In this document: one piece after another, positions 1 to 13,300 of the stretch
Layout of the letters: each line of letters starts with the position of its first letter
How positions within the stretch are numbered: position 1 is the first letter of the stretch
Source: Macrostomum lignano
Taxonomy: Eukaryota
Assembly: GCA_002269645.1 (NCBI GenBank)
Contig: NIVC01004639.1
Span: 1 to 39,910 of the forward strand
Length of the DNA stretch: 39,910 nucleotides
Reading direction: 5' to 3'
Translations under genes and position numbers: made by a program
Notes under the pieces: generated by a model
What the model was told of the DNA's origin: nothing
The model's input: only the letters and a program-made list of their open reading frames with translations
Database searches by the model: none

Positions 1-777
1 CACCGGCTGTAGCAGTACGACTCGCGCGGATGATGCGGCCTGCCAGCTGGAGTCGCCGACGGCTGCAGCTGGCGCAGGTTAGATTACATGGCTTTGCATC
101 AGGGCGCCGGCCTGGTCCGTCCAAGCGACCTGTTGTGCTCCACCGCGCCCACACACTGCTTTTGTCATCTCTCTCGGATCAAACAATCAGTGGAGAGGCA
201 TCCTGGCACAGACAGAGGCATCTCGCGCTGCTGCACTCAAAATGACAATCTTTGGTCATGGCTGTTTGTTTAGATTGCGCTACCTACAAAAAAAAATCCG
301 CAGTGAGGTAAGCTCTTTCTGCCTCTCCGGTGTCTAGAAATTTGGTCTATGCCCGTGAGAGACGAGGATTAGCAGAATGGGCAGCGTCGGCACGGAGCCC
401 TGCAGGCTGCGGGTCAGCTAAATGAGTCAAATGCCGCACGCGTGCAGCTTCTTTTGGAATTTAAGTAATCAGCTTACCAAAAAGACATTCAGTTGTATTT
501 TATCATTTCAAACAAAGCGGCTTTGTCAGAGAAGTTGTATTTTGCTTTAAAAAATTATAGATAGTAACAATTAGCCGAAATTATAAAAATTAGATAAGTA
601 CATGCCAGCATCATTTTAAGTATTAGTAAAAAAAATAAGGGTAGCGAAAATCTTTAAGCAACATCTAATTAAGTGTGATAATGCCAACGCATTCGGTTCG
701 ACAGTACGACATTACGAGTGCAACACGATACAGCTCGGCAAGCTTACATACACAAGAATAAATATACTCGCATATTA

Positions 778-890
778 AAGGCTCGTTCGCACTGCAATCA
801 ATTCAACCATAAAATCTGATGTACAGTGTGTACAAACTTAAGGATCGCGTAAAATTTGCCTCGAATCGGATTGTGGTGCGAACGAGTCTT
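778..890. mobile_element. Small MITE-like element with about 22-bp terminal inverted repeats
   Basis: aaggctcgttcgcactgcaatc (778-799) versus the reverse complement of 869-890, aagactcgttcgcaccacaatc (19/22). Termini look Harbinger-like; no clean TSD. Confidence 0.5.
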
Positions 891-1200
891 CTTTGGGTTT
901 TTATAGTGCACTGTTTTTAGTGCTCTTCAGGTATAGACAAATAAAGCAATATTTTAAACGTGATCTGCTGCTTTTAGAAACTGCGTAATATAATGATTAA
1001 AAATTTAGCGATCAGCAGAACTTTCAATGCTTTGACAGTTTTAAGGCAATATCTAGAAAATCATTCAGCAACTTCTAAATAAATTATTTATCAAGTACGC
1101 TTTCACCCACTTGTCTCCGTCAGCACATTCGCAGCAGTTCACAATGTGTTCCGCCTGCTGCCCTCCAGCTGCAGCTCTATGCAGCACGTATCGCTGCTCT

Positions 1201-1370
1201 TCAGCATCTGTCGCTGTTTCCGCTGTTGCAGCAGCACGAATCGCCAGCAGATCTTGTCAAGTTCAGGCAGATCTGGCTGTCCCACTTCCGGTCCGCCAGA
1301 GTGTAGCTGCTGAGCATTGAATCAATGATGCCGAACTTTGCGTGCAGCCGGTTGATGGTGACGTCCAAGT
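1201..1370 (-). CDS. Terminal exon: cytoplasmic tail (DLDVTINRLHAKFGIIDSMLSSY...C*)
   Basis: Acceptor ttcattcag|ac, phase 1, joins the donor at 1678. Amphipathic coiled-coil-like start; TGA at 1201-1203. The exact stop is uncertain (see findings). Confidence 0.65.
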
Positions 1371-4300
1371 CTGAATGAATTTCAGAGGTTGGCGGTTAGG
1401 AAACGACTTCACCAGGGAACAACTTAAACTAGCTATTGGATTCAGACCAGCAGAAATGGCATTTACATAACTACGATACTGTTAAGGAATTTCAATAAAC
1501 GTAACGGAATCGCAGCTTCATTTCTTCACGTTTAAAGGTGAGATTTTTGCAACGAAAATACTCGTAAGATATAGGAAAATACAAATCGGTACTACCGATG
1601 GGCACATGCTATACTGTGTGTAACTGTTCATATCCCGAATACTGCATGTAGATAAATTTCAGTTCCAGAAATTTTACCTGTACTCTCCTTGTAACTCGGC
1701 GCCGCAGCTCGACTAGAAACGAAAGTGTCGCGCAGTCTCTGCAGAACGAACTGGACGATCTGGAAGTCGCTCGAGCCACCGGCCCGCTCTGCGTTGGCTC
1801 CCTGGCCCCTTCGTAACTGTCGTTGAGAATGACCACAAACAGATTGACTACGATGAACATCAAGAAGGAGACGTACAGAGAGAACGCGAGCTTCGGGAGC
1901 AGTCCGTGGCGGCTGACTGTGGCCATGTCGAACTTGCCGAGCATCGCCGAGAACAGAGTTGACATGGTGCCGAGGGGGAGCTGAACTGCAGCTGCACCGG
2001 CCCGAGCAGCTGGTTCATCAGCCAGCAGAAGGCGAAGAAGATGACACAGAAAAATACGGCGAAAGAGCTCAACTTGCTGAGCGAGGATCGCAGCGTGCCG
2101 AGCAGGTGGCCGAGGCTGGCGCTGAACCTGATGAGGCCCAGCAGCGACAGCTGCAAAAGGAAGCAGGAGAAGCCGAGCGAGTAAAAGAAGAATTCGTTGA
2201 GCAGCAGCAGCTGACGTAGCTGCGGTCGGCCTCCGTTCACCGCAGCCTCCAGAGCACTGCCAGTGCCGGCTGTGCGGAGACCATAGAAAACGCAGGCGAC
2301 CACCATGAAGATGATGACGCCCATGTCCAGCCAGTTCTCAAAGTTGGTCCAAAACTGGCGACAGTTTCGCAGCTGAATAGCCAGAAAAACGATGCGCAGA
2401 AGCAATAGAAGGCCGGCTAGAATCTCTGAGACCAATGCAAAGACTCCCACTGCACCCACGTAGCGGTACAGCCTAGTGCTAAGGAGCTGCTCGCTGGCGT
2501 GAGCACCGCCGAATGAATTGAGTTCCGATGCCATGGCAACCGCGGTGAACAGGTTCACGTCCGAGTAAAACAAGTCCAGCTCAACGACCAGCAGGCTGGT
2601 GGACGAGTCCAACCAGCCCAGGCGCTGCAGCTCGGCCAGGAAAGCTCGACTCGGCGCCAGTCCTTCCGGCAGCAGGGCCACAAAGCCGCCACCTCGGTAT
2701 TCGGCTAGAATTCCCGAGTACGGCGCACCGTCAGGCCGGTTCATGAAGGCCTGCTCAAGCGGCGACGCCGAGAGGTTGCACGGAGCTGCGGCAGTCCAGC
2801 CCGGCAGGAAGCAGCCGGTTTCATCAGTGCCGCTCGCTAACGGCGACTGGCGTTGCTGGCGAGGCCTTCTCAGCTGGCGCAGTGACAGCCGGCTCAGACG
2901 GTAGCCGCATCCGTCGGAGATCAGAAACGAGGCGGAGTCTGCGAAAACAGTAGGCAAGATGCTGGAGTTTATAACTTTGTACAGCTCAGTGGCAGTTCCA
3001 TCCACGGCAACCAGGTCTTTGTAGTTCAAGTGCTGCTTGATGCTTTCGTGTAGCCGGAAGGTTCCAGGGTCGATGTTGCCGTAGCAAATGCAGTATTGAA
3101 GCAGGAGCAGCAGCAAGGTGAGGACCAGCTTCACAGTGGCGCTGATGGCAGCCTTGCGGACCGGGTTCTGTCGAGCTTTGGCCTCGAGTTCGTATAGAAA
3201 TGCGATGCCCTCTGAAAATTTTTTGTTCGATTTGAAGCTGCCTGTCTAATTGAATGTGGTTATTTCAGATATGTACATGCAAAGAGGCAGTTCGAGAACA
3301 TCTAGTTCGAACTCTGTGGCCCCACTCCCCTTACTTGAGCACATCCTCACCCGCACTCAATAAAATGCACGCAATTCTGCTATATCAGACAATAAATACA
3401 CAGGCGCAGCCACCACTTTTTGAGTAGTTAACTAACACTCGCAAACTCTAGCCAGAGTTGCTCGGTTTTAATAGAAAAGACATTCCTTGAGCAATCAAGG
3501 AATACTATAAGTTAGCGGTAACTGTCCTTGGATCTTCTCCAAGGAGTTTCTTCAATATCTTTTTGGTTGTTGTCCTTTAGATCTGCTTCGTGCTTCCAAC
3601 AGGCATGCAAAGAGCGCACGTTCTCTCAAAGTGCACTAACTCGTAGTAAAAGTCAAAGTAAAAAGCAATAATTTTAATGCTTCTACTGATAAACGGTTGC
3701 GGCAAACATTTTAAATCTTTGCTCACCTCTCTGATGCTCTTCGTTGAAGTACCTGACTCGGATGAGGGTGAAGTTCTCAACGTCGTAGTCTTTTCGAAAT
3801 ATCACAATTAAGACGAGGCCAATCAGTGCCACCTGAAAATTAAAAAAATGGCCTAACTAATCGCTGAATGAGTTCAACCTAAAACTGCTATAACCATAGC
3901 TTAGTCCTTTAATTATAGCCCCCTATTCATAACACTATCCTTGCCTCAATCACATCATGGACTTTGGATTCTCAAAAGTCTGGGACGCAGCTATGCGAGC
4001 TTTTGAGCAAGAAACTACTGAATATAAAACGATGGATAGATGGTGTCAGAGAAGAGATCCTCAATATTGTACAAAATGTTGAGACTTAAGCTTTCGTATG
4101 GGAGGAGCAGCTTAGCGTCTGACTCCCGTGCCTCGAGCCCTGGTTCGATTCCAGGGTCACATTCAATTTGAGCTTAGTATGAAAAATTGGCCGAGGTTTT
4201 CGTGCGATTCGCACCCACGGGGGCCGATTCCCAAGGCACAGAGAGTGTGTACACCCTGTGTGAGCATGAGTGTCATGTTTGCTCAGGAGTCCGCGGAATG

Positions 4301-7300
4301 GACAAAATTTCCTCGGCACTGATTGCGGGACAATGTCGCGGAAGGCGTTGTGCCAAGGTGCCCACAATGCTCCCCTGTGATTATTTTTTGCTTATTTTTC
4401 TATGATCGTACAGTTGAATACAACTCAACTAGCTTGATAAATAGATAAATGTTGACTTGCAAACCTTCAGCGGCTGTACTAGAAACGCGGTCTGAACAAA
4501 CGACAGCACAAAGGAGAGAAGCCACTGCTGGGACTTCTCCTTGCCCCACTGCATAGCGTAGAACACGAGGAAGACCCCGGCGCCGAGCATGCTACCCAGA
4601 ACCAGCGCCCAGCCCACGTACTGGCACCAGTGCGGCAGCTGGAATCCCGTCGACGGCATTTCGCTCGCCTGTGGCACCAGCGGTGTGCTGGCTGGGTTAC
4701 TAAAAACGTCTTTGGATTTGAGCGTCCTTGAATCAGCTGATTTTCTAGATCGATAAACAATTCCGGTTTCAAGCTGAAATGAATTTGGAAAATAAGTAAT
4801 AGATACTCAATAAATAACTAAGCAATGGTACCAACCGCACCTATCTGTAGTACAAACGCACCTATGGACTTTGCAGCCCTTAAACTTAAAGAAGTGCGGC
4901 GAGTTCCCTAATTTTTACAGCTCAAAAGCATTTTTTTCTGTCAAGCAATGGTTTTACAGATGTGCCGCAGTTCACGGTTGCTATTGGCAAAGATATGAAA
5001 TTTAGGAACGAATGAAATAAGGGTGAATATGTGGGTTTAAGTACCGGTATATGCGGATAATAAATTTACTCACTAGATCAAAGACCCCGTCATCTGTAGT
5101 ACTCTCCGACTTCTCTCTGGACTCTTTCATTGCATCTGAATTCTCAAGAGAAGAACTGGGCGTTGCGGAATTGCTTGCTGATCTTTTGGACTTCAAAAAG
5201 AAAATAGTGACAGCAGCTGAAACTGGCACAACAACAACAGCGCCCAGCATGGACGTGAACAGGGTGTTGACTGACAGCTTGATCGGTCCGATCGTGATCG
5301 TGTCTGACGCTGACTGGCCCCCCTCCCCAACACCGTAAAACATGGCATTGGATATCATGGTTAAGAAGAGCAGACAGAAACAGACGCCAAATCGCTGCAG
5401 CCGAGAAAAGTTCGTGTCAGTTTTACGCTTGACCACCGACATCCACAGGTGATCGTCGAGGAACTTTCGCGACAGATTGTTCCTCACAAAGCGCTGCTGG
5501 AATGCCAACTGCTCTTTGTTCGCCAATGCTATCGCAATAGGCTCTTGGTACGGCAGGATCGTTTCGGATGAGTTGAATATGTAGCTGAAAAATTAAATAT
5601 TTCTTCTGCTGATCAAGTATCAGGAATCCAGTGAAGTTATCGTTGTGAAAACATACCTGACATTGTACAAACAATCTGTGATAATTATTTTCTGCAGCAT
5701 CCACGGAGAAATTGGTTTCTGTCCTTCAAGCGAAATTTCTATCTCGAGAATGTCACCCAGATGTTTCCCTGTTGTCATTGTGAAGTGATTTATATCACCC
5801 GGCTGAAAATTCTAAAAAAAAGTTAGTTGAAAATATAAAAAAATTTCACTTTACTGTTTCAGCCAATGGATTTCACACTGTCGTTTTCTTACCTGTCGAA
5901 TCCCATCAGACATAACTCTTAGCGGTTCTCTGTGAAGTTCACCCGAAACCGATAGTAGCGGGCATATCCGGGTTCCAGCGTTGCTTCTATCGCTGGCAGT
6001 GTACACGTCAATCCTGTAGACAAACTTTTCATTCGCATCGTCGATCAGAGGTAAATACTTAAACTGAAATTTTTTTCGAGAAAGGTGTTTGCTTTTTATC
6101 TTGACGACGAATTTTAATTCCGAAGAATCAGCGGTTTAAAGCATGTTGGCAGAATATCCAGTCTCACCCTTTCGCTGTCTTTGTTGTCAATGCGACGCAA
6201 CCAGACAGCAATCGGGATGAAGATGACCCAAAGAGCCACCACGGTGCCCACAACTGCAGCGCTGTCCGCCAGCTTTCCCTGCCAGTTGTCGAACAGCTTG
6301 CCGAAATCGATGAGATTCGGCAATACATTCATTCCCGCGCCAAGGCTACCGAAGAGGTTGCTGACGAACCTCGGTCGATTTGGGACATCGGACGCTTCGA
6401 CAGTGCACGAAGCTCCAGCAGTTGAAGGCTTCGTCCAGATCTCCTGGGCAGAGTCCCAGATGAGACAATCGTACTGAGACAGACCAAACTCGTAGGACAG
6501 GCTCGGGTCAGCACAAGAAGAGGCTACCTCGCCGCTGGGCTCCCGGTAGCAACCGTCTCGCTGGACTCCGATGAAATAGGTACCGTTGGAAACTGCAGGT
6601 AGATAGAACGAGCCTTGGCTAGCGTTCGTTAAATACTCCAATGGAGTCGGAAGGCGGTCGAGCTGCACAAAGACCTGCAGTGCGTGGCTGACATTGAGTG
6701 GTAGCACTGTCACCTCCAGGACTCCAAAGGTGACATTCACGCTGTGATAAAAGCTCAGCCACCGATCCGTCGGGGTAGCATTGACCACAGATTTTTCGCC
6801 GGCCGCTGTTGCAGGTAAAGAGAAGGTGAAACTTTCCGAGCTGGAAGGCGCTGCAGCGCGACGCGAGCGGCAGCCTCTCTTATCAATCATGAGGACAGGC
6901 GAAGCAACGGATGTCTTCGGTTGCCACACATACGGGCTGCGGCCTGAGAACACAGCCTTAACTGAGTCGCAGCCGCTCAGCTGTGGCAGACTGGCGTCAC
7001 CCAGTGCCGACTGAAAACTAACGCTATCGTTGCTTCCATTAAGGCGAACTCCCTGAACTGACAGTGCGGAATCGGAGATGGAATAGGACCCCGAGCTGTT
7101 GAGAAGAATTTCCGTTACATATTCAACAGTTGTGAGAACAGACTCTATTACTCCTCTGACTTTTGCGCTAAGCTCTTCGGTTCCAGTTGCTGGGGTAGTC
7201 GAAAGACAATTTATCTGACTCGAGTTTGAGCAGGCGCTTTCGTTGTTGGCATTGTTGGCCTTTGCAGTGGCGTCAGATGCGGACCAAATATTCGAGCCAG

Positions 7301-10300
7301 TGAACACAATATCTGTTTCGTGTTGCGTGTTGCGCGGTTCGTTCGTGATAGAAAAGCTGTTTAATAACCCGATAACACAATACGTAAAGGGAGGAATAAC
7401 TGTTGCTCTTACCTGAACCCATAAGCGGTTGCACGTCTTTTTGGAGTTTTTCTTTAAATTTTCCAAAAGAATCCGTAACTTCTTGAAGCTTTGAAGCACC
7501 GAGCTCCTGAGACAAGCATTTAATGGGTGAAATAAGTGGGTGAAGCTTTTTACAGATTCAGATTCAAGTATCCAAGGAAAGCACCGAAAGTATCTTGGCT
7601 ACAGCAATAAAGGTACTTACCTGCGCATTAACCGTAATCTGATCTGTTCGGTCAGGGGGGAAAGCTGTCCTCAATACGTCATTTGTCTGCTCCAAATCCT
7701 CGGGAGAGTTCAAGCTGAAATTGGCGACCACTTCGACAAGCTTCGTACGCAGCTGAAAATATAGTGAGAATACTAGCTAATATTGCATACTAGCTTGTGC
7801 CAAAACTGCTTGTTATCATTGCCTTTTCAATAACCATGTGAGTGATAAATCTGAGCGCATATGCTACTTACCTCCGCCATTCTTCTATTAAACGCCGTCC
7901 TTTCTTCACTCGTAGCATTTGCTCCTTCAGCATCTTCATTCTTGGCGTTCATTACCGACGTCAAGCACATAAGAGTGGTGGCAGCTCCCTGCTGGTTGCC
8001 ACTCTTCAAATGCTGGCTTAATTTATCACTTGTTCCGTCCATTATGTCCGAAATGCCCGCGAGAAGCTCAGATGCGGGAATTGCCGGCGGATAAACCTGA
8101 AGCGGGACGAGTAAGAGTATTTACTAAGCTTGCGAATGCTTAAAAACGATTAAGAAATTAAAGAATTTGAACAAAACAGTGCAGGCAGATTGGGTGCTTA
8201 CTGTGACATCGAAAATGAATGCAATTTTATCGCCTAAACTGTCAACGACATTTATGTAGGCGTCAGTCTTGTACCCATGAGTCGAAGAACCGACCGGAAG
8301 TACTACCTCCGGAGAGACAGCCGTCGGTCCATAGAACAGTAGAATAGTGCGCAGGTGTCCTTTGGGCCTGATGCGGTATTCGTAAGTCAAGCTGGATGCA
8401 GTCACATTAAACTCCACCCAGCTCCAGCATGAGATGCGAAATTTAGTTTCCATGGCAATGCCTTCACGTGGCTCGATCGTGCAATTGCCTCCACTGGCTG
8501 GTTTATTAACAACAAAAGTCTTTGAAACAGTGAAAGGACCCTCCTGAGCGAAGCTTGATGCCGACACTTGAACCAGATAAACAACACCTGGGATCAAAGT
8601 GTTTTCTCTGCGAACGATTCAAAGAATGGGGTCGATTTTACTTCTCAAAGTAATTCGTTGAAAACTGATTTCGGTGACCAAACTGTTACTATGTTAATTC
8701 TCTTGAGGTGCAACTCACCCGATTCAGTGAGAACAGCCAAATCCTCAAAGCCGCCTGCTTGCAACTGCCGCATGGCCCATGTAAAGGACAGGTTATCAAA
8801 TTTTGTACCGCAATTTTCTTTGCAGGATGCCTCGTAAGCCAGGGGAATACGTGCAGATACTTTTTCAGCACAATTACTGACGCACCTGAAAATAGGTTTA
8901 TAATCAGCTGATTTAGGGTATTCGATTCAAAGAAAATTATCTGAAAAACAGAAGAGAATATAATTTACCCAATTAGTATTGTTGGCAAGGCCTGGGGACT
9001 CAGGAATATGGTCCACTCACTAAAAGCTGATCTTGAGTCCTTGAAGACATCAACTCGTAGAACATACGACAAGTTGGGCATCAAGTGCCATGTGCTCAGC
9101 ACTAAAGCAGCAGCAGTGTGTTCATTTCCCTCGGAAATGATTCCAACTCCATTTCCAAAACAGCCTCTGAATTCTGCAGAGCCCTGCATGTCTGGAGGCC
9201 TTATAAAGCTGGTGCTGGGATTAGGAGTCAGTTCTGATTGCTGCATGCAAATCCACCGAAAGGACATCGCAGTCAAGTTCCCGGCCTCTACATCCCAATC
9301 ACGCGCGTCCAGTTCAAATCTAACAGTTCGATTATAAGCCACAGACACAGGTGAACTGCTGCTAAAGTTGACGCTTATCGGTGTTTTTGTTATGTTTAAA
9401 TAGAAAGCAAACTCTGCAGAAACCGGAGGTGTCACTTCCGCCATGGACAAGTTCAACACAACCTTATACAGGCCGTACCAGAGGGAGCGCGGCGGAAGTC
9501 GAAAGCTAAGTAAGTCCGGAAAGCTGAGATTCGTCACGGTCCCAGTCACAGTTTCCACTCGCCATCGTCGCATTGTAACACCGGTTTTCGAACAGTTCAG
9601 CTCAGGCAATCCGCTGACTAGAACTTCTTGCGATCTCATTTGTTGCAAAGGCATTCTGGGGTCCCACTGGGCCAGTTGGACGCCGAAATGCGAGAAGTTT
9701 AGCTGTGGGGCCTCGCACATCCAGTCCATGATAGTCGCCAGAGTCTCGGCTGTGTCATTGCTCACGTGATTAAAGGCGAACACGGTAGCAGAAAACCCAC
9801 CGAGGTGTGGGTAAATGTGACTGAAAGAGATCGACATGTTCTCATAGGAGATAGCAGTGAAATTGATTCCACGTGATGCTGAGTACGGCTGGCATAATGC
9901 AGGCACGCCAAAGCTGATATTTGTTGAGTCTCCAAAGTCAACTACAAAGCAGCCGTTTGTGCCGAAGCGAGTGATATTAAGAAAAAAGTATGTCGCGTTG
10001 GAGAGCAAAGTAGTTCCATTGGTTCGGAAGCTGCCAATGATCACAGCGTCAAGGACAATGTCAACTGTGATCGGAATGCTTTGAAATGAGACCAGATTAG
10101 AGCAGTTCAGACTGAAGTTTCTTACTCCCAATGCAGCTCTAGTGAATTCTTGAGCAAGTGTCACTTCGCCAACAGTGCTTAAGCTGCTCACATACAAGTA
10201 TCGAGAGCCGAACTGGGCCCAGCTGAACATGCAGTGTAGGTTGTTCAAATCTACCTCTGAGCTGGATAAACGAAACTGCACCTCCGCGGGTGTGTAAAGC

Positions 10301-13300
10301 ACGGTGGAGTTGTACTCTAGGACTAGGCCTCGAACAGCCTCCTGCACAACAATCGGACCAAATGTGACAGACTTATTGCTGACGTCATTCCAAACAGACA
10401 CGGTGGTGGTAAAATTTCCTACAGATGGATACTGAACAGAAATATTTCCTGTCGCGTTCGGAGGATATTGAATTCGACCATCCCCACAGTCAATGCCAGT
10501 CCGGAGAGAGGATCCGGACAACACGGATAATACATAAAAACCGGCTTCTGCTCGCCGAAGAGCCAGAGGCCCCGACCAGGCAAGACCATCCACAGCTTCC
10601 TGGCAATGAACAGTGGCGTTCGAAGCATTCTTCTCGGAAACCAAATTCCAACAAGTTAATTCCACAAGCTCTGGTTTTAGTAAAAGATCCCGGTAGCATC
10701 GTATTGGCAGCCGGACTGGTTCCACCGAAAGATTTTTTGTAACAGTCAAATTTCCAAACTTCATCCGGCATGTTGCGTTAGTGGGTTGAGGATCAGGATG
10801 AAAGAATTCAAAGCTTGAGTTGACAGAAAATAGCTCAACAAATTTAGGTGCCAGTAAGATCAGCTGATGAACTGGATTTTGCACTAGTACACTCAGGCTA
10901 CGACGTTCAGATTGAGTGTGAAAGTTTGATGCAACATTCGTTATCACGTACAGGCCAGGCGATTCATAAGAGAGATTCAGTGATTCAGATGCTTTCCAAG
11001 CCAAAATCTGCCCATCTGTCACAGAAAAAGTACTCCCATTTCCCAAGTTAATTTGATAAGTAACGTGGCTTCCTGTAGTGACAGAGAATTCCAATTGGAA
11101 TGTATGATTTGTTGGTACAACGGTCTGACTGGAGTTGAACCATAAACTAGTAATGTTCTGCTGTAAAATGACATAGTAAGCTGCGGTAATACTTGACAGC
11201 TGGTTCCAGCAGGTCACGTTGGCCAATGCAAACGGTGAGTCTTCGCTGAATGTTAGGATTTCGTTGAAGATTCCCACGGGCTGCAGAGTCTTGCTAAAGT
11301 TTCTGTGCGAATTTGGCTGTAGCTTTGCGTAGCACGAGATGGGCAAATTCGATATCGGGCTGCCTCGAATCTAGAATAATTAAAAAACCACGCGTTATGA
11401 TTTAGTTTTGTTTATTTACATTGATGCATCAACTATGCATCGAATATTAAAAACGTCACTCACCATTTCAAAGCTCAGAGTAGCATTCAATGGCACAGGT
11501 TCTGGAATGTAAGTCATCGAAAGTCGCAGAAACTCGCTCAGTTGAGGCACCACATCAATGCTGTCTGCTGTCTGCCAGTTTCCCGCAGCATTGCCAACGA
11601 TGCAAGTGAAGTTGAAGCGTCCCACATCTGCTCCAAAGACTATTTTAAGCGTAGCAGAGTGGGACTCAAAATTTGCTGTATGACCTGCCGTAAGCCAGTC
11701 CCAAGTCAACGAGCGGTTGTTGCTGAAAGAAACTGAAAATTGCACAGCGGAGCCCCGCAGCCAAGCCGCAGTGACTATAAGGGTATCGTTTGGTGTCAGC
11801 AGAGATGCTGAAACTTGACAACTGGCATTGAGCACGGAAACCTCAGCGCATGATAGGTTATTGAGCAGTGCAACGCAGCCAACATTGTTCGAAATATCGC
11901 TCTCTGTATAGGAGGGGCTGATGCTGTTGTTAAAGATTACGCAAAGCTTTTTTAGACTTGGACATGCATCAGCAGTCACGTTAAACATGTACAAGCAATC
12001 GAATTGGGTGCTATTTTGAAGGCCTCGTCGAAGTAAGCCCTGATCGCATTTGGTGAAAGTTGACATCTCACTGACAGCCAAGTCTTCCGACGCTAAGAAG
12101 GCCATGGGCTGAAAGTTGGTCCGAGGCGGGGGTACCTCTTCGATCGGAAGTCCCGAACGAAGGTGCAGAAAGTGTGAGACTGTAAGGCTGGCTGGATATC
12201 GCCTGATCCAAGTTGCATTATCAACGGCGAAGGCTACCTGACCGATCTCTACATCAGCATGCGGCGTGCAATTTCGTGGCAGCGTGGTGCAGGCAATCCT
12301 GACGCTAACGTTAGCGAAAACCAGACTCGAGTTGGGCCCAGTTGCGACCTGGGCACAGACAAAGCTGTATGACTCACAAGCAGACAGGTTGAATGTGTTC
12401 GATGCGTTCGACACAATGATGGTGGATCCACCCACAGGAACAGATTCCCTTGAGGCAGCAGAAGTCCAGTAAACTGGCGGCTGACAGGAGACGATGAGGC
12501 ATTCGCTGCTGTTCGAGCAATTTTCTGAGCAGAGTAGCACGTTGCTGAGCTGAAAGCAGTGATATAATGTAATTGGTTAGTAACAATAATTAAATATTTT
12601 AGTTTATATTACTGATATATTTGATTAAACCTGCCCCAATTGAACCAGATGTGCAACCGACAGCTCAGCCGCAGCTATTGTGTGGCGCATCTGAAGGCTG
12701 CCTACGGCTGTTTTGGCAAGGACTGGGGGTCGCCACACACACCCTCAATTACCACAGCTAATGCTGGCACCCATTTTACAGCTGGCTGAACTGAAGCAAT
12801 GCAGAGTAAGAGTCTTGCTCAAGGACACAAATTGTTCGGAGTGGGTCGAGAATCGAACGCCCGACCTTCAAGTCTTGAGTCCGACGCTCTAAGTACTAGT
12901 CTACAACTTTATTGCACAATTGCACGTTAGTGAATATTGTACATAGTAAAAGTACTTAGGCAAACCTATAGAATCTTTATAGCTTTTAGTTCTATAGAAA
13001 GAACATGAGAGCATAAAGCATCGACTTAAAGCTATAGTACATTTATTACACGCATACTGATGTCAAGGTTTTTGCGCTTTCTTACTATAAAATTATCCTC
13101 GGGTTGCGGAACTGCAGCTACGCTGACAGCGCTGGTGGAGTCGAGTGTCAGCGAAGTCTCCAATGTGATCAGAGCAGGTAGAGAGCGGGTCACGAACTCC
13201 GGACTCTGTAGTCTCACAGAGGCATCAACTTTTAGCTGAGGCTGGCAGAGCTTTACAATGCCGATGCACGCCTCGTTGTTATTTAGCTGGTAGTCAACGA

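Noticed and set aside
1-283. Possible end of a neighbouring gene (+ frame open to TAG at 80-82) or a minus-strand exon after an acceptor-like site at 284
   Set aside because: Too short to support, with no recognisable motif; minus-strand frames from the acceptor close quickly.
3212-3726. Extra exon between TM5 and TM6 (ORF 3577-3780)
   Set aside because: The donor at 3727 and acceptor at 3211 are directly phase-compatible; candidate frames inside contain stops.
8588-8718. Possible frameshift between REJ exons (REJ-like RENTLIPG lies just upstream of the chosen acceptor)
   Set aside because: A phase-compatible acceptor (cccag at 8588) exists, so no lesion is required; the boundary remains slightly uncertain.
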